Assembly (NCBI GenBank): GCA_038109055.1 | Contig: JAYNIM010000003.1 | Span: forward strand, 1 to 64,000 | From: a bacterium | Lineage (GTDB): Bacteria; Margulisbacteria; Marinamargulisbacteria; GCA-2716485; JAYNIM01 | DNA: 64,000 nucleotides | Direction: 5' to 3' | Shown: one piece after another, positions 38,959 through 49,219 of the stretch | Numbering within the stretch: the first letter of the stretch is position 1 | Layout of the letters: every line of letters begins with the position of its first letter | Translations under genes and position numbers: made by a program | The notes under the pieces: generated by a model | The model's database searches: none | Told to the model about the DNA's origin: nothing | What the model saw: only the letters and a program-made list of their open reading frames with translations

Positions 38959-39684
38959 ATGCGCAGTCCCTCACAAGACCCCCCTCAAGAGGCATCAAAA
39001 ACAGCCGATTCAAAAAAAGAACTGGAACTAGCAACAGCAGTATCCCCACCAGGACCATTAATTGAGCTGCAAAACATCAGGGGACAGGCAGGGCTCAATG
39101 AGGGGCTAAATACATTTTTAAGCGCTCTAGACATCTACGACAAAACGCAGTCTCTAGGTAAATACCACAAATTTGCAACAGGCGCCATGAGCACCCTGAG
39201 CTTTTTTGGCACGAAAAACAAGGATGGCTTTTGCGCTGATACCATCGAAGATTTATGCAGCAATTATGGCGTTACGGACTTAACTGAACTAACACCAGTT
39301 CAATTACGAGAAATCCTTCAAAAGAACTCAGACCAAGCCATCAGTCCTCAGAAAGCCGGCTCTATTCTCAGACAAATCATGGCCTTAGGAAGAGATCACT
39401 CTCTTCTCGGCTTGACGATCTCAGGGCTCGTAATGGGGGCACAACGTTTTCACCCTGAAACAAAAGGAGGCGTCCCCATAGAACACAAACGCCACCTTCG
39501 CCTCGCCCTCCTCCTACGCATCACCATTTCAATCATTGTCGAGGGCGATCCCCGTAATGAAAACGATGCCTTCAGTAACATCTTAAACAACTGTATAAAA
39601 CTACAAGAAAGCTCCCAATTCATTGACTTCTCGAAATGCAAGGCATCAGTTGATAATTATCTAGCAAAAAGAGACACCCACTAA
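38959..39684 (+). CDS. Orphan hypothetical protein, probably frameshifted at its 5' end
   Basis: 241-aa ORF whose frame is open back to 38833; a promoter-linked ATG at 38835 is out of frame across a C8 tract. Confidence 0.6.
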   Translation: MRSPSQDPPQEASKTADSKKELELATAVSPPGPLIELQNIRGQAGLNEGLNTFLSALDIYDKTQSLGKYHKFATGAMSTLSFFGTKNKDGFCADTIEDLCSNYGVTDLTELTPVQLREILQKNSDQAISPQKAGSILRQIMALGRDHSLLGLTISGLVMGAQRFHPETKGGVPIEHKRHLRLALLLRITISIIVEGDPRNENDAFSNILNNCIKLQESSQFIDFSKCKASVDNYLAKRDTH

Positions 39685-39861
39685 CCGCCTCTCTCTTGAA
39701 TAAACTGGGCATCTCACATAGAGCACACTCCTTCTTATACGCAAAATCACTTAAAATAAGCCCCATAAACCGCACACTCCGGCCACAATCACTTCCCGCC
39801 ACCTCTCATTAACCAAGACCGCAATTACAGTAAGCCTACATCCCCGCCATTAAGACAACAA

Positions 39862-39877
39862 TGTTTCACGTGAAACA
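39862..39877. promoter_or_regulatory. parS: parS site
   Basis: TGTTTCACGTGAAACA. Confidence 0.92.
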
Positions 39878-40175
39878 ATCCCTACAATACACCCCCAAAG
39901 CTTCACTCCATTATCACCTTAAACACAGTAAAACAATTGGTTAACCACTATAAAAACTCCCGAACGGCCGACCATCAACTAACCTTTTTCCAAAAATAAA
40001 CTAACCATCTATGCTTAGATTACTATAAATACTTCTCTTTTATTACAAATTTATACAGCAAAAAAAAACCATGTCTTCACCCATTTCAGCTCAATAAAAA
40101 CCCGATAGACTATTAATATGGATACTACTTTAGTTATCTTACCTTTATATTTAGCTAACCCTTAACGACTTTTTC

Positions 40176-40191
40176 AATTTCACGTGAAAAC
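40176..40191. promoter_or_regulatory. parS: Degenerate parS site upstream of parA
   Basis: Core TTTCACGTGAAA retained, flanks diverged. Confidence 0.6.
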
Positions 40192-40268
40192 AAAATTTTA
40201 TTTTTAAACGCGTTTACGTTACTATTTAATTGTAAAATACATTGTAAGGACCTAATCATCACCTAACC

Positions 40269-41063
40269 ATGAGCGCTACTATATTTGCAATTGTGAATCA
40301 AAAAGGGGGAGTGGGCAAAACGACCACCGCAGTCAACCTAGCCGCATACCTAGGCCAACAACAAAAGAAATGTTTACTTGTTGACTTCGATCCTCAGGGA
40401 AATGCTAGCTCCGGTATTGGGGTGCAAACTGAGTCACTGACCTGTGGCATCTATGAGCTTATGATGACCAGCAAAACACTCCCGGAAACTCTGTGCCCAA
40501 CCCCATTCAAAACCCTTCACCTACTACCTGCCACCCGTCACCTTGCAGGTGCGGAAATCGAGCTTGTAGAACTTCAAAACCGTGAACTATACCTAAAAAA
40601 TACCCTAGCCCCCCTAGAAGATTACTATGATTACATCATAATAGACTGCTCCCCATCTCTTGGACTCCTTACAATCAATGCGTTATGCGCTGCACATAAG
40701 GCCATCATTCCATTACAATGTGAATATTTTGCACTTGAAGGCATTGCAGGACTCATCAACACACTTACGCAGGTAAAAGATACCCTTAACCCGCTCCTAG
40801 AAATAGGCGGAATACTCTTAACAATGTTTGATGGACGAACAGCGCTAAATAGACAAGTAGTAGAAAATGCAAGACAGTTCTTTAAAGATCTTATATTCGA
40901 CACTTTAATTCCACGAAATATCCGATTAAGCGAAGCACCCAGCCATGGACTTCCGATATCAATCTATAGCCCAAAATGCAATGGAGCTATCGCTTACCAA
41001 GCATTAACAGAGGAGGTATTAAAACGTGCAAAACAAGAACAATACAGCACCGAGACTCGGTAG
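40269..41063 (+). CDS. parA: Chromosome partitioning ATPase ParA/Soj
   Basis: NQKGGVGKTTT, D.DPQGNA, QCEYFALEG, RNIRLSEAPSHG. Confidence 0.97.
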   Translation: MSATIFAIVNQKGGVGKTTTAVNLAAYLGQQQKKCLLVDFDPQGNASSGIGVQTESLTCGIYELMMTSKTLPETLCPTPFKTLHLLPATRHLAGAEIELVELQNRELYLKNTLAPLEDYYDYIIIDCSPSLGLLTINALCAAHKAIIPLQCEYFALEGIAGLINTLTQVKDTLNPLLEIGGILLTMFDGRTALNRQVVENARQFFKDLIFDTLIPRNIRLSEAPSHGLPISIYSPKCNGAIAYQALTEEVLKRAKQEQYSTETR

Positions 41064-41916
41064 AGGCCTCGAGGCATTACTATCACGCGATCCCATCACA
41101 AACAATAAGGGCGACAGCTTCCTAAGCGCTGGCAGGACAATTATGCAACTTCCCATATCACTTATTGATCCCAGCCCCTATCAACCGAGAAAACACTTTA
41201 ACACAGAAGCCCTACTACAACTATCTAACTCTATTAAAGCGCATGGTCTTGCCCAACCTATCGTTGTACGACGAAATGACAAACGCTATGAAATTATTGC
41301 CGGAGAACGTCGATTTAGAGCAACTCAAAGTGCTGGAATTGATAAAATACCTGCAATTATACGCAGCTATAGCAATCAAGAATCGCTACAAATTGCCCTT
41401 ATAGAAAATCTTGACCGCGAAAACCTAAGCGCCATTGAAACCGCCAGGGGTTATGCGCGCCTTATGTCAGAATTTAATGTCTCTCAACAAGAAATAAGCC
41501 AAATTTTCAACAAAAATAGAAGCACCATAAGCAATACACTTCGACTACTTCACCTACCTGAAGACGTACAGCAGCTGATCATAAAAGGAGAACTTAGCGA
41601 GGGCCATGCCAGAACGCTATTATCCGCAGAAGATAGTGCCACCGTGCGAAAATTAAGCCAACGTATTATACAAGAAGGCCTAAGTGTTCGAGCCTGTGAA
41701 AGCCTTATCAAATCTCTCAGAAACGACTCTAAAAATAAATCAAGCAAAACACCCCATGATCAAATATCACTGTTCCCCGAAATTACTTCTCAACTCAGCC
41801 AGAAAATGGGAGCCCCTATCAACATTCAAGGAAATAATAAAAAAGGGAAAATTACCATTCAATACAAGAGCCCGAAAGAATTGGATCAACTCTTAACAAA
41901 ATTAGACGGCATTTAA
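41026..41916 (+). CDS. parB: Chromosome partitioning protein ParB/Spo0J
   Basis: LGRGLEAL, QPRK.F, IIAGERRFRA, ALIENL.RE.L, HTH and GHAR.LL. Confidence 0.97.
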   Translation: MQNKNNTAPRLGRGLEALLSRDPITNNKGDSFLSAGRTIMQLPISLIDPSPYQPRKHFNTEALLQLSNSIKAHGLAQPIVVRRNDKRYEIIAGERRFRATQSAGIDKIPAIIRSYSNQESLQIALIENLDRENLSAIETARGYARLMSEFNVSQQEISQIFNKNRSTISNTLRLLHLPEDVQQLIIKGELSEGHARTLLSAEDSATVRKLSQRIIQEGLSVRACESLIKSLRNDSKNKSSKTPHDQISLFPEITSQLSQKMGAPINIQGNNKKGKITIQYKSPKELDQLLTKLDGI

Positions 41917-41929
41917 ATATTTCGGATGC

Positions 41930-41945
41930 TGTTTCACGTGAAACA
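41930..41945. promoter_or_regulatory. parS: parS site downstream of parB
   Basis: TGTTTCACGTGAAACA within a 22-bp palindrome at 41927-41948. Confidence 0.92.
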
Positions 41946-41949
41946 GCAG

Positions 41950-43019
41950 AAGAATTTTAATCATGGCCAAGAAAAGACTAAGGATAAATTCATCTTATTA
42001 CTAAATAGATAAAATATATACTCAAATAATTAATTGAAATATTAAACCTATACACAAAATACCATATTTAAAACTTAAGAATCTTATCATTTAAGAGCCA
42101 TATAAAGATATAAGAATCACTTAGACTGGTTAATTTGGAAAGACCTAAGACTTTTATTCTAAATAGATCAATATAAAAAGCAATATCAACATAGATCTTA
42201 AATAATAACCTATCCGCACTCCTATTATGCGACATCAGTTACTTAAAGTTTTATATTTTTCTGTCATTCAGTTCCGCTTAGATAAGAGCTTTTAAAGAAT
42301 TTATCACCCCTTATTAACCATAATACAAACATATATATCAAGATGATCACTATATGAATATAGGCTTTTTTTTTTATTCTAAGTTGCATATAAGCGACAT
42401 AAAAAATAGAAAGAGTACTAAAAAATAAATATCATAATCGTTTAATTAGTATAAATATAAGAAAAAACAAATAAATCAAAATAACCTCCTACATATAAAT
42501 AATATCTGCGCAAACATCCGCTCTTATCACGACGGAAACCTTTTTTTTATTTGTTAGTATATTTTTACATATCGTACTTATGATACTTTAGATTTTTTTT
42601 ATTTTATCTGACATTCTAATAAAATCTATAATAAAAGACTTCTTAATAAATGGTTAATAAAGACAATTGCGATCTAATACTCTGACAATTCATAAATAAA
42701 ATTATCTCAGATTTTATGTAAAAATATATTTGAATTAATATTTTTTAGAATTATGCGTATGTGTAAGAAAACACCTATGGTTTTTACTCTATATTTATTA
42801 TATATCAGGAGTAATATGAGTTGAAACTTAAGAAAATTGATTCCATAACGCAGTGCAAGAAGTTATATAGTTTAATCACATGGATACGCTTTGTATATAT
42901 CGCCCATAAGTTTTTGGTTATCTTGGTTAACCGACTTTATTTTGAACAAAACAACTATAGTGAAATGGACAAAGATATCAATAGAATAGACGTAAAACTA
43001 AAAAAAGTCTGCGTCTTTT
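41950..43019. other. Long AT-rich non-coding region, candidate replication origin
   Basis: About 1.07 kb without a credible gene, next to parAB/parS; only degenerate DnaA-box-like 9-mers. Confidence 0.35.
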
Positions 43020-44150
43020 CTAACTATTTTTTAGCAGTAAATGGGCTTCATTGAGTGCAAAAGTGTCGGTCATACCCGAAATATAATCTGCGATGACTTG
43101 CTGCATTGTCTCGTCTTCAATACGCACTCTTACCTTTAGAGGGAGTAAATTAGTATCTTTTTCATAGGCTTTAAATAACAACTTAATTGCCTCCTGGCCT
43201 CTTTTATTCATACGATAAATATCTTCATGCATATAAAATTTATCAAATAGATACGTTCTTAGCTGAGTATTTTTTTTATTCATAGGGGCTGAAAAACGGA
43301 TCAAAGGATGTAAACATCTTTGTATATCTTCAGGTCCCTTGATATCTTGAGCTACTAATTGGGATGTAGACTCCTTCACCACATCCTCTATAAAGGTCGC
43401 AATTAAATACCGATGTATCTGGTGTCGTCTTTGAATAGCTGTTAATGCCTCACCTTCTAATTCTAGAATTCTCTTTGCATCCGACCATATTTCCACCTCT
43501 TTTCCTAGATCTTCCTCGGATAATATACCAGCCGATAAACCATCATCAATATCGTGGCTATTATAGGCAATTTCATCCGCTAAATTAACAACTTGCGCCT
43601 CTAAACTAACAAATGCATCATTGCCATCAGGACTATCCCATGGCGTTTCATGTTTTAATAAACCCTCTCTAATTTCAAAGGATAAATTTAATCCACGAAA
43701 ATTTGGATACTTAGATTCTAAATAATCAATGATGCGACGGCTTTGTCTATTATGTTCAAACCCCCCATAATTTCTCATTAGCATATTTAACATCCGCTCT
43801 CCTGAGTGCCCAAAAGGCGTATGGCCTAAGTCGTGAGCTAAGGCTATACATTCAGCCAAATCTTCATTTAAACGTAGCAAACGAGCCAAATGACGCGCAA
43901 TTTGTGCTACTTCTATGGTATGCGTTAAGCGAGATCTATAATGGTCTGAAATATTTGCTAAAAAAACCTGTGTTTTGTCCTTAAGACGCCTAAATGCTTT
44001 TGAATGTATGATACGATCTCTATCTCGTTGAAAACAGGTTCGGGTATCATTTTGAAAATTCTCTTTAAATTTTCTTCCTTTACTGTCTTTACTTTTTACA
44101 GCGTATGGAGCTAAATATTTACTTTCTAATTCTTCGAAAAATTTTCGCAC
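43020..44150 (-). CDS. dgt: dGTP triphosphohydrolase-like HD protein
   Basis: FQRDRDRIIHS.AFRRL..KTQV, RLTH..EV, HDLGHTPFGH.GE, DYISGMTD. Confidence 0.95.
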   Translation of the reverse strand: MRKFFEELESKYLAPYAVKSKDSKGRKFKENFQNDTRTCFQRDRDRIIHSKAFRRLKDKTQVFLANISDHYRSRLTHTIEVAQIARHLARLLRLNEDLAECIALAHDLGHTPFGHSGERMLNMLMRNYGGFEHNRQSRRIIDYLESKYPNFRGLNLSFEIREGLLKHETPWDSPDGNDAFVSLEAQVVNLADEIAYNSHDIDDGLSAGILSEEDLGKEVEIWSDAKRILELEGEALTAIQRRHQIHRYLIATFIEDVVKESTSQLVAQDIKGPEDIQRCLHPLIRFSAPMNKKNTQLRTYLFDKFYMHEDIYRMNKRGQEAIKLLFKAYEKDTNLLPLKVRVRIEDETMQQVIADYISGMTDTFALNEAHLLLKNS

Positions 44151-44959
44151 TAAACTAATGCAAAACAGATAAATTGATTAACTGAATTAGTGGGAACTAA
44201 CTGCTTAATACTTTTTTTATCATCTTTGATAAACGGCTGTTCCATTAAACATATCTCTTTGAAGAACTTATTAAGCTTTCCTTCCGCGATTTTTTCTATT
44301 AAGTCTGCGGGCTTTCCTGATTCTGATAATTGAGACACAATTATAGCCTTTTCTTTTGCTTTTTCCTCTTCTGGCACATTAGCAGGGGTTACATATCGTG
44401 GTCTTGCAGCCACTACTTGCATGGCAATATCTTTCGCAATATCACTCTCTACTGACTGATTAAATGATACTAAAGCTGCGATTTTAAAATTACTATGCAT
44501 ATATGTAGCTATAGAATTCTCTGACTCTAACTTTTCAAACTTTCCTACTTGTATATTTTCTCCTACCTTCAAAATAAGGTCTGCTACAGCCTGATCAAAG
44601 GTTTTCTCAAAAACGTTTTTATTTTTTAAATCTTCTAAAGTTTGTATGTCATCACTATTTAAAATTAACGTTGAAAGTGTCTCCCCAAAACTAACAAAAT
44701 CATGGCTACTGGCCACAAAGTCAGTCTCACAATTTAGCTCTAAGATTACGGCTTTATTGCCTTCATTCGCAATAAAAACACGACCTTCACTGGTATCTCG
44801 GGACGCCTTTTTGCTTGCTGAAGCTAAACCTTTTTCTCGCAGCCACTTGACTGCATCATCAATATTGCCATCTGCCTTAGTTAAGGCATCTTTACATGCC
44901 ATCAACCCCACACCAGTTCTTTCTCTTAATTGTTTAACTAAGGATGCTGAAATATTCAT
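44150..44959 (-). CDS. tsf: Elongation factor Ts
   Basis: VK.LRE.TG.G.M.CK.AL, ELNCETDFVA. Confidence 0.98.
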   Translation of the reverse strand: MNISASLVKQLRERTGVGLMACKDALTKADGNIDDAVKWLREKGLASASKKASRDTSEGRVFIANEGNKAVILELNCETDFVASSHDFVSFGETLSTLILNSDDIQTLEDLKNKNVFEKTFDQAVADLILKVGENIQVGKFEKLESENSIATYMHSNFKIAALVSFNQSVESDIAKDIAMQVVAARPRYVTPANVPEEEKAKEKAIIVSQLSESGKPADLIEKIAEGKLNKFFKEICLMEQPFIKDDKKSIKQLVPTNSVNQFICFALV

Positions 44960-45777
44960 TTTTTGGTCGTCTCTTCTATCTTTTCTTCTTTTTCTTTAGC
45001 TGCCTTGACTGCAGTTTCAGTTTCCTTTTTGTTTGCATAGGCTACCTGCTCTGATTGGCCAGCAATCACTGCATTTGCACATACTGAACATAATAACTTA
45101 ATGGCTCTAATAGCATCATCATTGGCTGGTATGGGGTAATCTACATCTTCTGGATTAGCGTTGGTATCTACAACCCCTACAATTTTAATCCCTTTTCTTT
45201 TGGCCTCTTTAATGGCGAGATGCTCCTTATTTGTGTCTATGACAAATAAAATCTCTGGTAACCGCACCATGTCTTTCACGCCATCCAAATAATTTTTTAA
45301 ACGTTGATAGCGTTTTGTTTTTCTTGCTAATTCTTTTTTCGATAAGGATTCTAACATCCCCTCGGCTTCTTCTTTTGTGTACTTTTTTAACTTGTTTATA
45401 CTCAGATGGATCGTTCCGTTATTTGTAAGAAAACCGCCTAACCAGCGTGAACTGATATAAAATTGTTTGCAGCGTAATGCTTCTGACATTACGGCATCTT
45501 GCGCTTGCTTTTTTGTCCCTACAAATAATACCGTTCCACCTTTCTTAACTGTCTCTTTAATAAATGCATAGGCTTCGTGAATTAACGGAATTGTTTGTTG
45601 TAAATCTATAACATGAATACCATTTCTTGCTGTAAAAATATATTTTTTCATTCTGGGATTCCAACGCCTTGTTTGGTGGCCAAAATGAACACCTGCTTCT
45701 AACAGGTCTCTCATTGCGATTATCTCGCTATCTTTATCTGTAGATTCTTCTTTTTGATCTGTTACTTGTTTATTCAT
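44956..45777 (-). CDS. rpsB: 30S ribosomal protein S2
   Basis: LLEAGVHFGHQTRRWNP, LFVGTKKQA, PANDDAIRA. Confidence 0.98.
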   Translation of the reverse strand: MNKQVTDQKEESTDKDSEIIAMRDLLEAGVHFGHQTRRWNPRMKKYIFTARNGIHVIDLQQTIPLIHEAYAFIKETVKKGGTVLFVGTKKQAQDAVMSEALRCKQFYISSRWLGGFLTNNGTIHLSINKLKKYTKEEAEGMLESLSKKELARKTKRYQRLKNYLDGVKDMVRLPEILFVIDTNKEHLAIKEAKRKGIKIVGVVDTNANPEDVDYPIPANDDAIRAIKLLCSVCANAVIAGQSEQVAYANKKETETAVKAAKEKEEKIEETTKK

Positions 45778-45947
45778 AAGTTTGAGTGACTAATTTAGCG
45801 GTTCTTTTCTTTATCGTCAATAGCTTTATTTGCATGACTGTGTGCCGCTGCACTTATCCCCCCCCCTTTCTACTGTGCTTCTTTTGTGAGGCAGTGACAG
45901 ATTTTCAGTAAAGCTTCCCCATATTTACTCGTTATGCGCACCTTATT

Positions 45948-48125
45948 TTATCGATTAAAATAGCGCGTGATGCCTTTGGAAAGTGTGTCTGCAAGGTTTT
46001 GTCGAAAAGTGGCCATTTTAATTTTTTCTAAATTTTTTCTTTCTGTCATATATGCTGGTTCTAATAACACGGCAGGCATTCTTGTATGCCTAAGTACATA
46101 CAACCGTTTCCTTCTTAGTCCATTATCTTTTAAATTTAATGCTCTGACCATGGCCTGATGTAATATTTTTGCTGCGTAGCGATCTTTATGTTTGTAATAA
46201 TATGTTTCAGTTCCTTTCACTTTATTATGTTTAAATGAATTAAAATGTACACTTATAAACAAATCTGCTCGTTTATGATTTGCAAGCCTAATACGTTTTG
46301 GTAAACTTATACTATGGTCGCTGGATCTTGTGAGAATGACATAGGCTCCTTGTGCTTCTAAATTACGTTTTAATCTCTGGACAACATCTAACGTATAACG
46401 TTTTTCGTACTCTTTATTTAGTCCAATTGCGCCTGGATCACGGCCACCATGTCCCGGATCTAGTACAATAACTTTATTGGCTAGTCCTTTTTGCCGTCCT
46501 TTCTTTTCCGTCTTTTTTTTATAGGTTTTTTTGACTATTTTTTTCTCCACGGAGGTTAATGGAAAATTGACGACTAATGCCTGCCCTTCTTGCGTAAGTT
46601 TCCAGGTGTGTTTCTGGTTTTTTTCAAAATTGAATTCTATTCTTGTCATAGGAGGATCTACCTGTAATTGAGACATCCGTACTTGTTTATATACGCCATA
46701 ATTGGACCGTAGTAATAAGGGGAGTTCTGAAAAAGTGTTGGGAATATCTATAATCAATTTAGCACCACTCTTTGACACCTGAGATTTAGCTTTAAAAGGC
46801 CGTGTACCTGTTATTTTGAATTGCAGCCGATTGTGTTTTAACTGCTCCTTGGCAGTGAGTAAAATACTGTGAAAACGGAGCTCGGTGCCTTTCTTTGTTC
46901 GTAATATTGTGGGAGGATTGCTTTCTAATCCAGCTCTTAAAAACAGTCGTGTATCTGCTCCTTTTTTATAGGCCCAGTTCCATTTCAAAAAAGGATGCGG
47001 ACTTTTACTTCGTATTTTCTCTGTTGCTAATACTGTGTTTGCTAAGGTAATAAAATACCCCTCTTTTAAAGACCCTTCTTGTGCAGCACTACAGTATAAC
47101 TTGTGTGCAGATAAAAGTTTTAGGACCGGGAATGGCCCCTGATTGACCCAAAAGATTCCTTGTAGCTTTGCTTGTAATACTAAGGTATTGCTCTTTTTTT
47201 GATATATGACGCCATAATCCAATGCACTTATTATATTTTCAAAGGGAATATATACTTTGTTTCTACGCTTTTTTACTGCTGCAATTCCTGATAATTGTAA
47301 TTGTTTGTTACCGATGTAAATGGTAATTTTGTTATGCTTTTTGGAAAAAATATAGTGCGTGTTTTCTTTTTGTAAACTATAGCTATCTTTGGTTTCTTTG
47401 CAGGTATACCCTTCTTTCTTAAACGTATTTTCTAGATAGACATATAACACTTTATCCTGGCTGTAAAAAAAATGTTTTAATGGATAACTCATTCCTTGAA
47501 AAGAGATAAATAGCGTTTTGTCTTTTCTGAATTCTGGTAATGTTGCCGTCATATCTAAAATGGGTTTGGCATAGTCTTTTGACGTCACAATCTGAGGATG
47601 AGTTAACTGTAGTCGGCTTTGTGCAATTTCTTGGGTTTTAATTTTATTTTCTTGAATGATTAAACCCTCTTCTTCTTCGTGAACACTGTAACCTAAACTT
47701 TTTAAACACTCTTTGACTGGAATATATAACTGACCTTTGTAAATATGTGTGGGATTGTTAAAAAAATGACGTTGATCCAAGATCCACCACTCTCGACTTT
47801 TCTCTAAAAATAAACATCGTAATTCTGGATATTGTAGGATGACTTCATGTGCTAAACTACGACGTAACTTCTTGTGTTTTGCAGCCAATAATTCACTTAA
47901 ATCTGGTATAGATATATAGCTTTGATTATGTCTCGTTATTACTGTTATTTTTTGGTGTTGTTTTTTGAAATTTATACTGATTGTTTTAGATTCTTGATCT
48001 GCTACCTCCTTTTCCGCAACTATATGTGTAGTACTCCACAGTACGCTTAGTAGTATCAAGATGCATAATTTTGAAATGTTACGACTAAAGACCTTTCTGC
48101 TTTCTGTCACTAAATTGAAACACAT
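45948..48125 (-). CDS. Multidomain N-acetylmuramoyl-L-alanine amidase (Amidase_3)
   Basis: C-terminal LDPGHGG.DPGA, FISVH.N, PAVLLE; N-terminal repeats of copper-amine-oxidase-N type (YIP....LG) and AMIN-like segments. Confidence 0.9.
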   Translation of the reverse strand: MCFNLVTESRKVFSRNISKLCILILLSVLWSTTHIVAEKEVADQESKTISINFKKQHQKITVITRHNQSYISIPDLSELLAAKHKKLRRSLAHEVILQYPELRCLFLEKSREWWILDQRHFFNNPTHIYKGQLYIPVKECLKSLGYSVHEEEEGLIIQENKIKTQEIAQSRLQLTHPQIVTSKDYAKPILDMTATLPEFRKDKTLFISFQGMSYPLKHFFYSQDKVLYVYLENTFKKEGYTCKETKDSYSLQKENTHYIFSKKHNKITIYIGNKQLQLSGIAAVKKRRNKVYIPFENIISALDYGVIYQKKSNTLVLQAKLQGIFWVNQGPFPVLKLLSAHKLYCSAAQEGSLKEGYFITLANTVLATEKIRSKSPHPFLKWNWAYKKGADTRLFLRAGLESNPPTILRTKKGTELRFHSILLTAKEQLKHNRLQFKITGTRPFKAKSQVSKSGAKLIIDIPNTFSELPLLLRSNYGVYKQVRMSQLQVDPPMTRIEFNFEKNQKHTWKLTQEGQALVVNFPLTSVEKKIVKKTYKKKTEKKGRQKGLANKVIVLDPGHGGRDPGAIGLNKEYEKRYTLDVVQRLKRNLEAQGAYVILTRSSDHSISLPKRIRLANHKRADLFISVHFNSFKHNKVKGTETYYYKHKDRYAAKILHQAMVRALNLKDNGLRRKRLYVLRHTRMPAVLLEPAYMTERKNLEKIKMATFRQNLADTLSKGITRYFNR

Positions 48126-48224
48126 ATCTTTATTCTAACAAAAAGTTATCTTCCACAAAAAATTTTAGCTATGTGTATTTTCACTCTATTGATTCCGTGT
48201 TTAAAAACGGGTACCCTTTCATTT

Positions 48225-49088
48225 ATGTTGGATTCTTTATCTTTGAAACAAAAATTGCTCTATGCTTTGGAAGAAGATATGCCTCACACAGATGTTACCT
48301 GCGAGACGTTAGCGCTGTCTGACACCCCTGGATTTGGCACCTTAATTGCTAAAGAATCCGGTATTTTTTATGGTAGTTCCGTCCTGCAGGCTATCGCGCT
48401 GTGTTGTACCCCTCCTATAAGTATTACTGGCTTAATTGAAGATGGTACAGCATTTTCTGCCAAGGATCCTATTGCACATCTTTCTGGGAATATACAAGAT
48501 TTGTTGCGTATTGAACGTGTTTTACTCAATTTGTTACAGCATCTTTGTGGGATTTCGACTCAAAGCCATGCCTTTGTTCAGGCATTAGATAACCCCTCTA
48601 TTCAGATACTCGATACTCGAAAAACCACACCTTTGTGGAGGGATTTAGAAAAAGCAGCAGTTGTAGCGGGTGGTGCTTTTAATCATCGTCAGTCTTTGTC
48701 TGATATGGTGCTCATTAAGGAAAATCACTTGGCACTATTGCCTATGCAACAAATGTCCTCGTATTTAACTCAAAAAATTTTGGAATCCAAAACAAAACAT
48801 CCGAACTTAAAAATCGAAGTCGAAGTAGAAAATTTGGAGCAGTTATCAAAACTTGATCTCTCTTTAGCTGATTATATCCTTTTTGATAATTTTTCACTTG
48901 AGATGTTAGATGAGGCTATTTTGTACTGTCAACATAATTACCCTCATAAACAATTAGAAGTTTCTGGCAATATTTGTCTGGATAACATTCATCTCTATCG
49001 TGATCGTGCGATTCACCGTATTTCCTGTGGCGCACTCACCCATTCTGTTGTCGCTTGTGACCTAAGTTTGTTGATTAAGTTACGCTAG
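48225..49088 (+). CDS. nadC: Nicotinate-nucleotide pyrophosphorylase (carboxylating)
   Basis: ER..LN, DTRKTTP, NHR..L.D..LIKENH, EVEV, SG.I. Confidence 0.95.
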   Translation: MLDSLSLKQKLLYALEEDMPHTDVTCETLALSDTPGFGTLIAKESGIFYGSSVLQAIALCCTPPISITGLIEDGTAFSAKDPIAHLSGNIQDLLRIERVLLNLLQHLCGISTQSHAFVQALDNPSIQILDTRKTTPLWRDLEKAAVVAGGAFNHRQSLSDMVLIKENHLALLPMQQMSSYLTQKILESKTKHPNLKIEVEVENLEQLSKLDLSLADYILFDNFSLEMLDEAILYCQHNYPHKQLEVSGNICLDNIHLYRDRAIHRISCGALTHSVVACDLSLLIKLR

Positions 49089-49219
49089 TGTTTACATTGC
49101 TATCCCTATTGTTCGTTCCTTAACTGTTTCTGCGTTTTATCTTGATTATTTATGTTTAACTTTTGCTTTAATTGTCTATATTATTAATAGATGGTATTCC
49201 CTATTTTTATATTTCATTT

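Noticed and set aside
42821..43054. 77-aa ORF in the AT-rich region
   Set aside because: TTG start, no recognisable motif, overlaps the end of dgt; probably chance, though not excluded
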